Assembly (NCBI GenBank): GCA_013239625.1
Contig: MU053934.1
Coordinates: 3,304,399 to 3,368,398 of the forward strand
Origin: Lama guanicoe
Taxonomy: Eukaryota
Direction: 5' to 3'
DNA length: 64,000 bases
Translations under genes and position numbers: made by a program
Part shown: piece by piece, positions 1-13,294 of the stretch
How the letters are laid out: each line of letters opens with the position of its first letter
How positions within the stretch are numbered: the first letter of the stretch is position 1
Notes under the pieces: generated by a model
The model's input: only the letters and a program-made list of their open reading frames with translations
Told to the model about the DNA's origin: nothing
Database searches by the model: none

Positions 1-1818
1 CAGCCCAGGTCAGCAGGCTGACACAGGGCAGGCCAGGAGAGCAAGGGGGTCAGGGGTCGGGGAAGCAAGGATGCCTGGAGGGTGCAGAGGACAGGGTAGG
101 GGTGGAGGAGAGAGGCTCAGCCTGTTGACATGCTAGAGGAAGCAGTTGGCGGGTGAGCCCAGGCTCTGTTACTGATGGTTTTTAATTATGTAAATCAGCC
201 CAGGGCCTGCGTCTGGCACAGGCTTGGCAGCTATCAGCTGGCAGCAGAATTAATCAATAAATAACCAGCTGGATGGGGCCTGGGCAGAAGCACCCAGCCA
301 CACCCCCCTCCCCCTAGAAGGGTCCTCCAAAGCTGACAGGGGTGGAGGGATTACAGGAGAGCTGCAGCTCCCAGCTGTCAGCTGCACACACGTACACGCA
401 CGTGCATACGCATGCACGCTCCACACGTGCAGCTGCGGCTTTGGGCGCGCTACGTATACACACAGGTGGACACATCTGCACACACAGACCCTCTGCTGCA
501 GCAGCCTGCGTGTGCCCGGCACATGGAGAGCCCAGCACATGCCCAGGAACACAGCAGTGGGAGGCAAGTCCCTTGTTTGACCTCACACTTACTACCTCTT
601 AGGCAAGACAGAGCTTTGCAAGCTCACAGCCACTGCATTTCACCTCCACAATCGCCCTGTGAGGCTGGCCGGCTGGGCTGAGGCCCCCATTTTACAGATG
701 GGGAAACTGAGGCTAAGAGAAGGGATTTGCCCAGGGTTATATCCAGGAGTCTTTCCTCCCCATCCCACCCCCCATTCAAAGGTTCAAAGAGGCTGAAGAC
801 TCAAGAGAACTGGGGAAGAGAAGTGGGGGATACTGGGGACCCCAAAGCCATGGGAGCAGTGTCCCCTCCGGCTGAGAGCAGGGCAGGCTGGGCAGCCCAG
901 CAAGGGACAGGCCAGCGCGGGTCCAGGCAATGGAGCCCGGCGCTGTGGCCCTGTCCGCTCCCCTAGGGAGCTGTGATGAATTGCTTTCTCCTGCAGCTGG
1001 TGTGCTCACTCCCGCTCCCCGGTGCTGCCCCCATAAATCAGCCTCCTCATCTCAGCCTTGGCTGTTCTTTGATCACTTTCCAGCATCGGGGGCTGGGGTT
1101 TTTCACCATCCCGAGTGGGAGGAGGAGACTCGCAGGGAACATCGTAAAATTAATGGACATGTTTCCTCTTCCCTTCTCCCTTCTCTCTGCCTCCGGCTTT
1201 CTGCTGGCCTCGACTTCGCTCTGATCAGGCTCACTGGACATTGAATGAGGGAATGAACCAAGACGTGAATGAATTCCTGAGATGCGGGGCTGTGGGTCTC
1301 TGTCTGTGGGTCTGGCTTACTGTGTAGCTGAGGTCAGCTCTCAGCATTCACTTCCCTCAGCCTCAGCCGAGGGGCTCCCGGAAGCACTTGAGAGGCAGGA
1401 AGAGGAAGCAGGAAGGTACCCTCTTGGTCAGCGGGCCCTGGGGGAAGCTGGGAAAGGAACCTTAGAGCCGAGGCGCCCTTTTTGGAGCCACCACTCCGTG
1501 AAGCAGTGACAAAAGCTGCAGGCTTCTGGAAAGGTCTAGGATGCCCAGCACTGGGAATTCAAAACTGTATAGAGCAGTGGTTGGTGGTTCAGCCTCTGGA
1601 GTCAGCCTCCTCAAGCTCAAGTCCAGATTCAGCCATTTAGCAGCTGTGTGACCCTGGGTAGGCTCCTTCACCTCTCTGTGCCTCAGTTCCCTTATGTGTA
1701 AAGTAGGTTGAGTTATAGTACCTACACCGTAAGTGAGTGGGTACATCCTCTTTAGAAGAGTCACTGGTGAGCACAGTTAAATGCTCTAAAAATTAGCACT
1801 TGTACCATAATTCAAGGC

Positions 1819-2006
1819 ATGGTGCACAGACATTCATGTGCATAAGAGTCCCTGGAGGGCTTTGAAAACCCAGATTGCTGTCCTCCTCATCCCCTAGAGT
1901 TTTGGCCTCAGTAGGTCTGGGGAGGGGCCTGAAGTCTTCATTTCTACCACTTTACCAGCTGATACTGGGACCACTGGTCCAAGGGCCACATTTTGAAAAC
2001 CCACTG
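1819..2006. mobile_element. MER5A-like hAT-Charlie element (similar fragments near 7376-7445, 12150-12320, 48150-48325)
   Basis: cctggagggctttgaaaacccagattgctg...cagtaggtctggggaggggcctga...ccacattttgaaaacccactg. Confidence 0.65.
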
Positions 2007-2547
2007 AAGCCCATGTTGGTGCTCAGTCTCCAGCTCAGCTCCCCACCCACTCTATAATTTGGGAACCAAGGCCCAGAGAAGTGAGCTAGTGCCCAAGGCC
2101 ACACACAGAGAGTGGCTCTGGCTTGGCCTCTGGGGGTAGCCGCTCTCAGCAGGAAGAGGAGGGCCCTGGAGGTGGAGGCGGCTCCATCACTACCACCTCT
2201 TCACCTCTCCATCCCCCCACCCCCACCCCCTTTCCCCCATGGCTCTAGGAGCAAAGAGACAGAATTTGCCTTCCCTGCCAGAGGTAATCTTTTAATCTCT
2301 TTGGCTTTAATCTTGCAGCCCATCAAAAACCCAAATCCGAACAGGGGAAGGAAGGGGGCGGGGGACACAGATCTCGTGTCCTGGGGAAGCTTTAACCCTG
2401 CCCTTCCCCACAGATCTCCCATTCCATCTCTGCCTTCCTCAACCCCTGCTCCTGGGAGACACTCCTCATAGGGGATGAGGAGGCAGGGAGAGCAGCCAGA
2501 TGTGGTTAGACCAGATGGAGTCATGTGTTAAAAAGACCACTTTGGGG

Positions 2548-2955
2548 GGCAAAGCTTTCTTAAACAGGACACAAAAAATGTTACAAAAAATTATGAATTG
2601 GGCTTCATTACAATTAAGAACTTCTATTCAAAGACACCATTAAGAGAAAGAAAAGCCAATCCACAGATGCAGAAAAGATAATTCAATACACAGAGCTGAC
2701 AAGGACTAGTATCCAGCATATATAAAGAACTTCTACCAATTAATAAGAAAAAAACAGTTAAATAGGCAAAGGATAGGAACTGGCACTTCACAAAAGGGAA
2801 TATCAAAATGGCCAATTTGCACATGAAAAGATACTCCACATTAGTGATTACCAGAGATACTCAAATTAAAAGCTAAATAAGCTACAATTCACACCCAACA
2901 AGTGGCCAAAATTTAAAAAAGACTGATAGTATCAAATATTGGAAGGATGAGCATC
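2548..2955 (+). mobile_element. Old L1 fragment (ORF2 3' region)
   Basis: attaagaacttct..tcaaagacacca..ggactagtatccagcatatataaagaact..cacttcacaaaag. Confidence 0.8.
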
Positions 2956-3509
2956 AACCCTCCTTACATAGCCGGTGGGACTGTGCCTTGGTCCCTGGGC
3001 CTGGGTCACCTGGAGCTGGCTGGGCCTGCTGGAGAGTGTCAGGAGGTCTTCTGAGATGGGCCACACTCTGCTGGCCACCCACAGCCTCAGGACTCCAGGC
3101 TACCCCAACCTGCCCTCCCAGGTGGACCACCTGGACCCCCCAACTCAGTGCCAAGTTGTAAAATCACCAGTGTCATCACAGTTTCTTCTGGAACATGCCT
3201 GCAAGACACAGAACATCATTCTTGGCGGCTTTCTCCCTCTCCCCTCCGGAACCCCTTCATGGTTGTCCAGCAGAAGCCTCTTCCCTATGGGTGAACTGCT
3301 ACAGATACTAAAGGAGAAATAAAACCCCAAACTAGCAGGACCCTGGAGGGCCTGGGTCCTGGCACTCCCTGCTGGGACTCCTTCCCCTCACTGTCTCTGG
3401 TGGTTTGTTTTGAAACAGTCACAGAACCTGGACAAAGAGATGGTTTTCACCATGGGAGTGCACAGGACCCTTCTGTACTCTATGGCAGAGACATAATCTC
3501 CTGTCTCCT

Positions 3510-3915
3510 GTTTACCTTAGTGATAAATACTCACTTGGGTCCAGCCAAAAGATTCCATTTCCCAGCCTCCCTTGAAGACAGAAGAGGCCAATAAGGGATG
3601 AGTGTAACTTGTTAGGTGGGACAGAGGGGAACATTGCACCAGTCTGTGCCCACCCCACCCAGATAGTAGATGTAATGATGGAGATCCAGCAGCCATCTTG
3701 GAGCATGAGGTGCCCCTGAGGATGGAAGCCACATGCTAAGGTTGGTGGGACTAAGAAAGAGACAGAGCCTAGGTTCCTAATGAATTTGTTGAGCCCCTCA
3801 CCGGTCCTCCATGCCTACCTCCTGACATCCTTTATGTAAGACGGAGATAAGCCTCAATCTGGTTTAAGCCATTGTTATTTCTAGTCTCTATTATCAGCAG
3901 TGAGAAGCAATCCCT
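3510..3915 (+). mobile_element. MLT1-family (ERVL-MaLR) solo LTR remnant
   Basis: catttcccagcctcccttg, cagcagccatcttg, gtttaagccattgttattt motifs. Confidence 0.65.
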
Positions 3916-5378
3916 CACTCAAACACAAAAGCCTTGTGAGGGAGATATCACTGCGCAAGCTCCACCTCTTGCACCCCAGTTTTACAGTTGCGCCCCCAGC
4001 CATTCTGCCTCCCTCTCAGATATTCATGATGCTTGAAAGTATTCAAATCCCAGCTCCCAGACACTGTGAATCAGCCTTGGCCTGCCCTGGACGGGACCCA
4101 CAACCCAGTGTTAATAGGGCTCCACACAGATCACTGCAGCTGGAGCTGTGGTCACAGCGCAGTGAGACAGCAGAGTACTCGGCTGGACCTGGTATCTCTT
4201 GTAGAGGTAAAGAGGAGGCAAGAGCAAACAAACAATCAAAATGAATACTAGCCTGGTAGGGTACAAGTCTCTTTTAAATTTGCCCTGTCTTTGCCTTGTG
4301 AAACAGGAGGCTTGCCTGGGTCTCTTACAAGATGCGGCGCCATGAAATCCACCCTAAGGCCACCCTACAGGGCTGTCCTGCAATTCAGGGCATAGCAGCT
4401 GGATACTGGGCTAGGACACCGGACAGCCTGGGTTCAAGTCCCTGCTCCATGAACTGTGTACTCTCAAGGCAAATTCCTTACCTTCTTTGTGCCTTGGTGT
4501 CTTCATCTGTAAAATGGGCACCATAAGGTGGCTGTGAGGGTTACAGAGCTGACCTGGGAAGAGTTTGATGCCTGATACACAAGAGGAGCTTCTACATATC
4601 AGCCACTGTTGACATGTTCATGTTGAGAACTTTCTTAATTGTATGTTTGCTGTAGGAAACAATTTCCTCAACCAGTTTTGGAACATCTCATCTGCTGACC
4701 CCACATTCGCTACTCTGATCGTAATTAACCTGGTGGAGTGTCTCCTGGCACAGGAGGAACAACCCAAAGCTTTTCCTCTTGCTTAGGTTTATGCAAGTAA
4801 AACTAAGTGGTGATTATCCGTGATTCATTTGTCAAGCACAAGGTCAAGAATCTCAATTTGTCCGTGTCACTGAGGCAGCATCAGGAAGTGCCCTACATCC
4901 CAAACTCTCTCTCTTCTGACTGACAAATTCTACCATTAGAGCCAGAGAACCCCTAGGAGGAGAAGCAATTTAGGAGCGAAGCATCTTGGAGTAAATGCAC
5001 ATATCCAGGTCAGCCAGGGGTACTGAATTATGTCAAGGGAAGAGAGGGAGGGAAACGCCACAGGCAAATTTTTGGACCTTCTTGAGGGTGGTTGAGGATT
5101 CTGCAGCCGCTAAAAGCCATGAGCTCAGTCTCACCCACCTACGCAAGCCCATGAGCGTGTGAACACACACACACACACACACGCACACATGCACATTATC
5201 GCTTTACCCCAGCAGTAGGGGCTTAAGCTGCTATCTAGGCTGGCACCATCCCCGCCCCTAGCTGCACCAGCCATCTCTGTCCCAAGGTGGGGTTCCCAGA
5301 GGCTCAGCAAGGAAACTCTGCAGGGCTGGAAGCTGAATCCCACACAGCTAGCAGCTACCAGTGGTAACATCAGCCCTC

Positions 5379-5381
<3 letters not shown>

Positions 5382-5412
<31 letters not shown>
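5382..5412. repeat. (CA)n microsatellite (others at ~5163, ~12875, ~26493, ~29133, ~52008)
   Basis: Direct reading. Confidence 0.95.
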
Positions 5413-5416
<4 letters not shown>

Positions 5417-6681
5417 GCACCGAAACATAGCCAGAGACGACACACCAGACGCAGACGCGCACTGAACTGTCCTCCCAAAGGCAAGACAAAGCCAGCGAGA
5501 CTACAGGCAATTGTCTTGTCTCAGAAAATGCCACAGCTGCACACTCCCAGAAACAAGGGAGACCTGAGCACAGAAAAACGCTCACCCACAGACCTGCTCC
5601 CCTGGGGTCTCTCTGCCCCCAGAGTCTTCTCCCTGGGAGCCAAACCCAACCAGGGTTCCCTTTCCTCCCCTACCCCCTTTCCCAGGTACTCAGGCCCCCC
5701 GGGAATCTTCACCCTCCCATACTTCCTCCATTACCACGGCTCCCAGGACCAGGGCTGCAGATAGTAGGTGCTGGGCGGCAAACCTCCCCTCCCCCTTGCC
5801 TGGGGTTCGCTCCCCACATCTTCCCTCCTCAGTGGAGCTGGAGGCTCTTCTCATTTTCCAGCAAGTGCGTGAAAACACATATTAGAGCAATTAGAGAAGA
5901 GTCATCGGAGGGCAAGGCGGGAGCCACCACCGGACCTAATTACCAGCTCCAGCAAGGCATCCACAGACCCACTCGCACAGATTACAAATCGGCACAAATT
6001 CCAAAGCAGGAAGGGATGGGGAGGGGGGAGTCAGGTTCCATTTTGGGTTAGATTTCCTTGTTTCTGTTTAAGCCTGTTCTCAGATGTTTGCAGCAGTTTT
6101 CACATCCATACTCCCAAAAGAGGCAGGCAGGGCAGAAATGATTTCAGTCCCATTTCATAGAAGGGAAAACTGAGGCTCAGGGGAAGAACAGTTGCAGAAT
6201 TCCTGGTCCACCCAGACTGGTCTTCCTAGCTGGAGGTGAGGATCACGGTAGCCCTAGACCCCAGGAGAGGCCCCCATTGCCCATCGGCCCTCGACTTTCC
6301 CTGGAAAGAACCAGCAAAGGGTTGAAGTACAGGGCAGGTTCAGAATCGGCCAGAGGCACACTGTCTAGTGCTCACAGTGGACTCGGCATCCACACGTGGC
6401 CTTCCCCAATGGCAGGATTATTTAATTGATGGCTGCTGCCCGTGCTGCTCCTGTGTCACTGAGCCTGGTAAAAAGATGTACTGTATGCTCTTTTCCCCTA
6501 ACAAGGAGGAGGGGAAATTTCCTAGAATCTGAGTGCAGGAAGCCCATTTTCATGACCCTTTGTCTCATAAGCCCGGCCTTCCCGAGCCCGGCCTTGTCCC
6601 ACCCCCTGCTGTCTACCCCCACCCCCAGCAGCACAGCAGGCATTGGCCCTGGCCTGGGCAAGAAGCTAGCAATGACGCAGG

Positions 6682-6699
6682 AGTGCCCCCTGGTGGTGA
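6682..6699 (-). promoter_or_regulatory. CTCF consensus motif (reverse orientation)
   Basis: Reverse complement reads tcaCCACCAGGGGGCACt, a full match to CCASYAGRKGGCRS. Confidence 0.6.
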
Positions 6700-7946
6700 C
6701 AGTCTACACTACACACCGGGACTCCCAACTTGAGGGTCTAGGTAACAGTACTCTGTATACGTACCCCCCACACACACTTACCTCCAGGACTGCCAGCCTA
6801 AGAGAGGGGCAAGATGGGTGCTTCTGGAAGAAGCAGAGAGCAGATGACGTTGGGGATGGCTCTATTCCTGTCCCAGGAGAAGGGACGATAGGAGGCTCCC
6901 AGATGGCATGTACATACCAGGCACAGTAAAGCAAGAAGACAAGAAAGGATTTCCAGCATCAAGCATTGTCCATCAGAGGAGCTCAGGAAACGTGGGATGG
7001 ATGAATGAAAGAATGAGTGAACAAATGCAGAAATGAATTCTTTGTTTCCTAAAAGGTGGTGTAAATATCACTAGTAACATACAAGGTACCTTTTAGATAA
7101 TAGTTTACTTTTTGGATAGTAATGTACTTTGTAGACAATAATTCTTGTTTATTTTAAGAATCATAGACTTATTTTGTTATATGTTAGATATATCTGGGCC
7201 ATCAAGTCCATTTGTATAAACTTTCTGTTTAAAACAAATGTCTTTAGTACAAAAGAAAAACATTAGGTATATAACAGGTGGGTACCCTCAGGACCTAGCA
7301 TAAATGATGTTCAATAAATGCTACTGTCACTCATGAATGAAGAGCTGGCCATGCAGATACTGGTGATCTTTATAGAGCAGTAGGTCCCAAGCTTTGCTGT
7401 GCACTGAAATCACCTGGAGAGTTTTAAAAAAATATCTCTGGGCAGGTATGTGTCTCAGATGGCTGAGGAAGAAGCCAGTGTGTCCTGGACAGCTCCCAGG
7501 GGAGGGAAAAACCACAAAACACCCAAATTAGGTGACATAAACTAATGCCACCTTCATTACCATTTGAAATAATGAAATCACCATCACTGGAGGAAGCAAG
7601 CGGTGCTTGGGTGACCTGGGAGTTCTTTGCTGGGTAAGAGGTTGGAGTGGATAGACTCAAAGGTAACATGCAAGGAAAGAGGAGTGAGCTATTATTTATG
7701 TACACTAGCTTCTAAATGGATACATAGCATAAAGTTAATGTGTATTTACTATAGTTTTAACACACTATTTCTCATTTATTCACCTTGTGCAACATGTTTT
7801 ATTTGGCGTATGTCTTTATTATCAGTCCGTATAAATGTTACATTAGTTGCTGTGCAGAGCATTTAGAATTTGCTGTCCTGAGTTGACTTACAAGTTAGTT
7901 CTTCATTTACAGGAGTTTTCTCCCTTAAAAGATCCTCTTCTTGGTT

Positions 7947-8063
7947 GGGGGAGGGTATATATAGCTCAGTGGTAGAGTGTGTGCCTAGCATGCATGAAGT
8001 CCTGGGTTCAATCCCCAGTACCTCCATTAAAAACTAAATAAATAAAACATAATTATCCCCCTC
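7947..8063 (+). mobile_element. tRNA-Ala-derived SINE (Vic-1-like, camelid type)
   Basis: ggggagggtat..TAGCTCAGTGG (A box)..tagcatgcat..GGTTCAATCC (B box)..cagtacctcc, then A-rich linker and taattatcccc. Confidence 0.85.
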
Positions 8064-8819
8064 AGATATAGAATGCTGTACGTCAATTGTATATCAATAA
8101 ACTAGAAGGAAAAAATTGTAAAAAAATTGTTAATCCCCTTCTTCTTGAAAATTGTGTCTAGTTAATTATGAACATATATTAATATAATGTAGTTAGTGTG
8201 GCTACAATCTGTTTATCTGTTCTAACTGGATCTTGGTTTGCCTAAAACAACTTTCAGTTACTTTCTTAGAAGTTGGAGGAATGAGGGGTTTGGTGTTGGC
8301 TTTGGAAAGGGGTGCTGTTTGCTTCCAAAGCCACACATGGTCGAGAAAGTGCAGGTTGAGTTAATATTTGATGTGTGAGTTGTTCCATTATCTTGTTAGA
8401 TACCATTGATAAGAGAAAAGAATTTCTAGTTGCGAATCTTCATGGCTATACCTCTGGGGAAAAAAACTGATGAAAATAATTCTATCTTATTTGGAAAGAT
8501 TGGCATACTCATTGAGATCAAGTCTGCTTTTAGAGCATTTTAATAGTGTTGAAGTAGCAGCTTTTTTAAACCTTTGAGTGGATTTTTAAGACATAAAACA
8601 TGAATAGATTTGTCATAGCACAGGGTCAAAAATTAGCTCTGTTGATGGTAAGTTATTCAATATTAATTCCATTTTATGAGCACATGCAATAATTTGCAAA
8701 TCCCATAACACAGGGCAGTGTTACGCCAACATTTTAATCAGTATTAGGAAATGTCAGATTAGCGTCCCCAAGGAAGAAGAAATTCTGAAAACATATGTGT
8801 TAGTTTTAAAGCTGTGCCT

Positions 8820-9840
8820 TGCTCTCTTATATAGCTACAGGGAATATAAATCATTACATCCTCTCTCAAGGGCAATTGGACAGTATCTACCTAAATAATA
8901 AATGCATCTTCTCTTTAATTCATTGATTCCACTGCTAGGAATTTACCCTCCAATATACTCAGACATAAGCATAAAAACATATGTATGAGAAAATTCATTG
9001 TTGCATTGCTTGACTAGCACATGACTGGAAACAACCTGAATTTCCATCAATAGAGGGCTAGTTAATAAAAGAAACTGTATAACTCTCCTTTGAAACAATA
9101 TACAGTTGCAAAAAAGAATGAGGGCTCATCAAAAATAACCCAATTAAAAGCTGGGCAAAGAACTTGAAAAGATATTTCTCCAAAGAAGATATATAAATGG
9201 CCAATAAGCCCATGAAAAGATGCTCAAAATCACTAATCATTAGGGAAATGTAAATCAAAAACACAATGAGATACCACTTCGTACCCATTAGGATGATGAT
9301 TATTTAAAAACACACAGAAAAAACAAGTGGAGAAGTTCACTCTTGTGCATTGCTGATGGGAATGCAAAATGGTACAGCTGCTGTGGAAAACAGAATGTGA
9401 GTTCCTCAAAAAAAATGTATACAAAATTACCATATGATCCAGCAACTGCATTCCTTGGTATATTCCCAAAAGAATTGAAAGCAGGAATGCAAACAAATAT
9501 TTGTACACTTGTGTTCATAGCAGAATGATTCCCAATAGTCAAAAGATTGAAGCAACCCAAGAGTCCATGGATGGATGAATGGATAAACAAAATGGGACAT
9601 ATACATACAATGGAATAGTATGCAGTCATAAAAAGGAATGGAGTTGTGATACATGTTACAACATGGAGGAACCTTGAAAACATTATGCTTAATTATTATT
9701 ATAAAGTTTGGGTGGTGGTTGCGCAACATTGTGAAAGTAATTAGTGCCACTGAAGTGCACTTAAAAATGGTTAAAATGGCATATTTTTATATTCTATATA
9801 TATTTCAATACAATTTTTTAAATTAATAATGTAATGTTTT
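8820..9840 (+). mobile_element. L1 fragments (ORF2 C-terminus / 3' UTR, apparently nested)
   Basis: gggcaaagaacttgaaaagatatttctccaaagaagatatataaatggcc...attaccatatgatccagcaactgcattccttgg...gatgaatggataaacaaaatg. Confidence 0.88.
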
Positions 9841-9859
9841 AAAGGCAGGGGTAGGGAGT

Positions 9860-10262
9860 CTAAATCCCCTGTCTTTGAATCTGGGCTGGCCTTGGTTGAT
9901 GCTGCTTGACTTCCTAAGCTGAGTCACAAGAGGCAACCCAGCCTATATCTAACTCTCTTGGCTAGGAGCCCTGGCCGAGCAGGTAAGAAGTCCAGCTACC
10001 CTGCAATGTCACATCAGAAAGAACTCATAGAACAAAAACAGCAATTTGACTCTTCCCCACCTGGGCGTCAGACACGTGGGAGAGCCTTCTGACGATCCTA
10101 GCCCCAGCCAGAGCCACCCCGGCTGACACCCAGTGGAGCAGAGTCAAGCTGTCCCATCAAGCCCTGCACAAATTGCAGATTCATGAGCAAAATAAGTGGT
10201 GTCACTATTTAAGGCACTAAGTTTTAGGGTAGCTTGTTATGCAGCAGTGGGTAAATGGAACA
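9860..10262 (+). mobile_element. MLT1-family solo LTR remnant
   Basis: gtaagaagtccagctaccctg; aaattgcagattcatgagcaaaataa; ctaagttttagggtagcttgttatgcagca...aaca end. Confidence 0.75.
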
Positions 10263-10916
10263 GTAAACACATTACTTATGTATTAGAATTTATTTCAATT
10301 TAATTTAAAAATAATCAGACAGAAACAAAACGGATTTGGACTACATAAATGTCTCTTGCAAACCAACTGGTAAATTGGATGTTTTCACCCTCATGATCTG
10401 TGTCCTGCCTCAGTAAAGTCATTAAAAGTGCAAATCTACTTTTACTTGAATCCCAAACAAAGCTGGGGGTGAGGTCTGGTCAATGGACTGGAGAGACGGG
10501 AACACAGGTCCATCTGGAGCCCCTTTTCCCAGAAGGCCCAGATATGGGTGGGAAAGAGAAAGGTCGCTGGAACTAAGTAGCATGAAGAGACAGGTTTGCA
10601 AACCAGCAGGGCCAAATGAAAGACAAACCTAATCAGCAGGTCCTTGAAATAAAATCCAGAAGGTGGAGTGATGAGTGATATGTATCATGCAAGATGGGGT
10701 TCCAGGAGGCTTGAGAAGGAAGTTATGTGGCCAAAGCTAGAGAATTTCAAACCAGGACAATTGAGGGACTACAGGTTTATTTGTTAAGCTTAGAAGAATT
10801 CCGTTAAAAATCCGAAGTATGTCCTCCAAACTACTGTCTCTTTCTTGCGTGTGGCCCTCATCATTCCTTCAGTTTCTGGAACTCCTGCTTGTTTTTAACT
10901 GTTCGTTGTATCTCCC

Positions 10917-11255
10917 TGTATTAGTCAGGGTAGACTAAGGGCTGTAACAAACACCCCAAAACCCAGGGGCTCAACTCAACACCAGCTTGTTTCTGGTTCT
11001 TCTAACAATTCAGTGCAGCTGTTTTGTGGACAGATTTCCACAAAGAGATTCTGGGACCTGGGTCCCTCCCGTCTTCAGGCTCCTGTAACCCAAAGTTCTC
11101 GCCAAACAGCCAGCGACATGGGTAGAGAGAGATCATCTTGTAGGGGCAGGTTTTATGGGCCAGGCTTGCAAGTGGGGCACATTCATCAGCCAGAACTCAG
11201 ACACATGGCCACCTCTCACTTCAAGGGAGGCTGGAAATATAGTCTCGCTGGGGGC
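10917..11255 (-). mobile_element. MLT1-family solo LTR remnant
   Basis: tgtattagtcagggta...gctgtaacaaac start; cacatggccacctc...caagggaggctggaaat. Confidence 0.7.
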
Positions 11256-13294
11256 CAGAAGTATTGCCCTACCCACCCCCCAATATAAGATCCATGCGTG
11301 CCAGCTCTCTTGCTCAGTGCCTGTCGCCATGCCTGGCATAAATGTGGAGTCTGTGAGTGAATGAATGGTGATGAGGCTGCATCCCTGGAACCAGGCTGAG
11401 TGGGCACTTTCTTTACAAATGTCCTGGGGGATGGGAGGATGTGTTCAGTTTCATTTCTCAGATCAGGAAACTGAGGCTCTGAAAGCCAAACAGCAAGTAC
11501 AAGGCCACACAGCTAGTCGGTGCCAGGGCCACGTCTCAAACCCAGGAAGCCTCTTCTGTCACATATCTGTTCTCTCCACTCCCCTGGCTGCCTCTCCAGT
11601 AAACACATTCACTGACTCCAGGTCTGGTTATCTTCAAGGCCGCTCTCCTTTCTCATAGTCAATGAACTGTATTTGACAAGCTGTGGGTTTCTTGGGGCGG
11701 CAGCTGTATCCCACTCGTCCCGAGGTGCCCTTTGGCTATCAGCACAGCCCATGAACCCAGTAGGTGCTCAAACCACGTTTGGGGGATTAATTTGTTCACA
11801 CCAGCTCAGGCTTCATGCTTTCCTGCTTGCACAGTATGGGGGTCGCTTACAACTTATAAAAGAAATGGAGGAGAGATTTATTATCCTGCCTCTCCCTGTG
11901 CAGTCAGAGCTGTCTCGCACAGCAGGACCAGTGCCCACCGGAAATTTCCTCCTGAAGCTCAGACGAGGGCTGAGTCACATGTGGGCCAAGGCCACAGGTG
12001 TCACACGGCCTCCATCAGGATTAGACCGTGAACCCCCGTCACATACACCCAGAGTGCCCTTGCCGCAGCCGGTCCCAGGAAGGAGAATAGACAGAGGCAG
12101 CAGTGTGGCTTTCTGTCCATGGTGCTGAACTCACCTCAAATCCCACCTTGTTCTCTAACACGGCAGCAACTTAGATCCTCTTGGGAAATCAGGTAAAAAT
12201 GCGAATTCCCTGGCCCATTCTTTGGAGACTTGGGTTCTGAGGATCTAAGATGGGGCTTTGGGATCTGTTTTTACCAAGAACCTATCATTCTAATACAGTC
12301 AAGATGGTACTAGCCTGAGATTGACTCACTCACCTACATACTCATTAGTCTTCACGAAGAGCCCGCTATGTGCCCAGCACTGTGCCAGAGACTAGGAAGC
12401 ACAGAGATGCATCAAGCAGGGTCTCTGCTCAGGGGGAATTTACAAAGTGATTCAGGAGGAGACGTAAGGAGGGAAGGAGGGAAACTACTCCCTCTATGCT
12501 ATGTGGACGCTGTGCCAGGTACTTTCTTCACCTTTATCCTGTAAGGTGAGACAAGTAGGCACATGAAGACAGTACTGATAGCCACAGCTAACTTTCGTAT
12601 CTCTCCTGAGGGTCCCCCTAGCCCTATCTGCAAGGCAGTATGTAATGCATGCTGTTCCTTCTGACTTCCTTGTGGCTCAAGACCCAGACCTTCCTGATTC
12701 CTACTGCCCCGCATACCCCTTAGAATTTAGTCCTCCCTTCTTCTGCCCCATGGTCACATTTCATCATCTACATGATATGCCCTGTTTTCAATACTGTTCC
12801 AAGTGGGATTTGAGCTCCCTCACGAGGATAGGGCTTGTGTCTGACTCCCCTGCGTAGTCTGTAACACAGGGACCCACACACACACACACACACAAGAAGA
12901 GGTGAGCAGTACATTTTTATTGGATGGATAACTAGGAGGAGTGGTAAGTGGGCAGAGGAATCTGCCCAGTGACTGTGCCCAAGGAAAGTCCTGGTGGGTT
13001 ACAAAGCCACTGGGACAATTGCTTAGAACGAAAAGAAACCAGGATGGGCCTCAGGGAAACCAGGAAACAGGCAAAATGCAAATCAGGCAGGGGCCAGCTT
13101 CTGGTCAAGGTCTGCCTCTCCTTTCTCTGGGTGTTTGGGGGAAACAGGAAGTAGAGTCAGGACCGAAGTGTCTGATGAGAACTGATGTTCTCCGGGCCTG
13201 AATGTGGGGCGTGGAGCAGGGGACAGGAGGGAGAAACTGAAAAGGGGAAGGGGGAGGGACAGAGCCAGCAAAATGGAATATCCACAGGCCCTCT

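Noticed and set aside
9058..9750. Cluster of hydrophobic minus-strand ORFs
   Set aside because: Antisense translations of L1 sequence.
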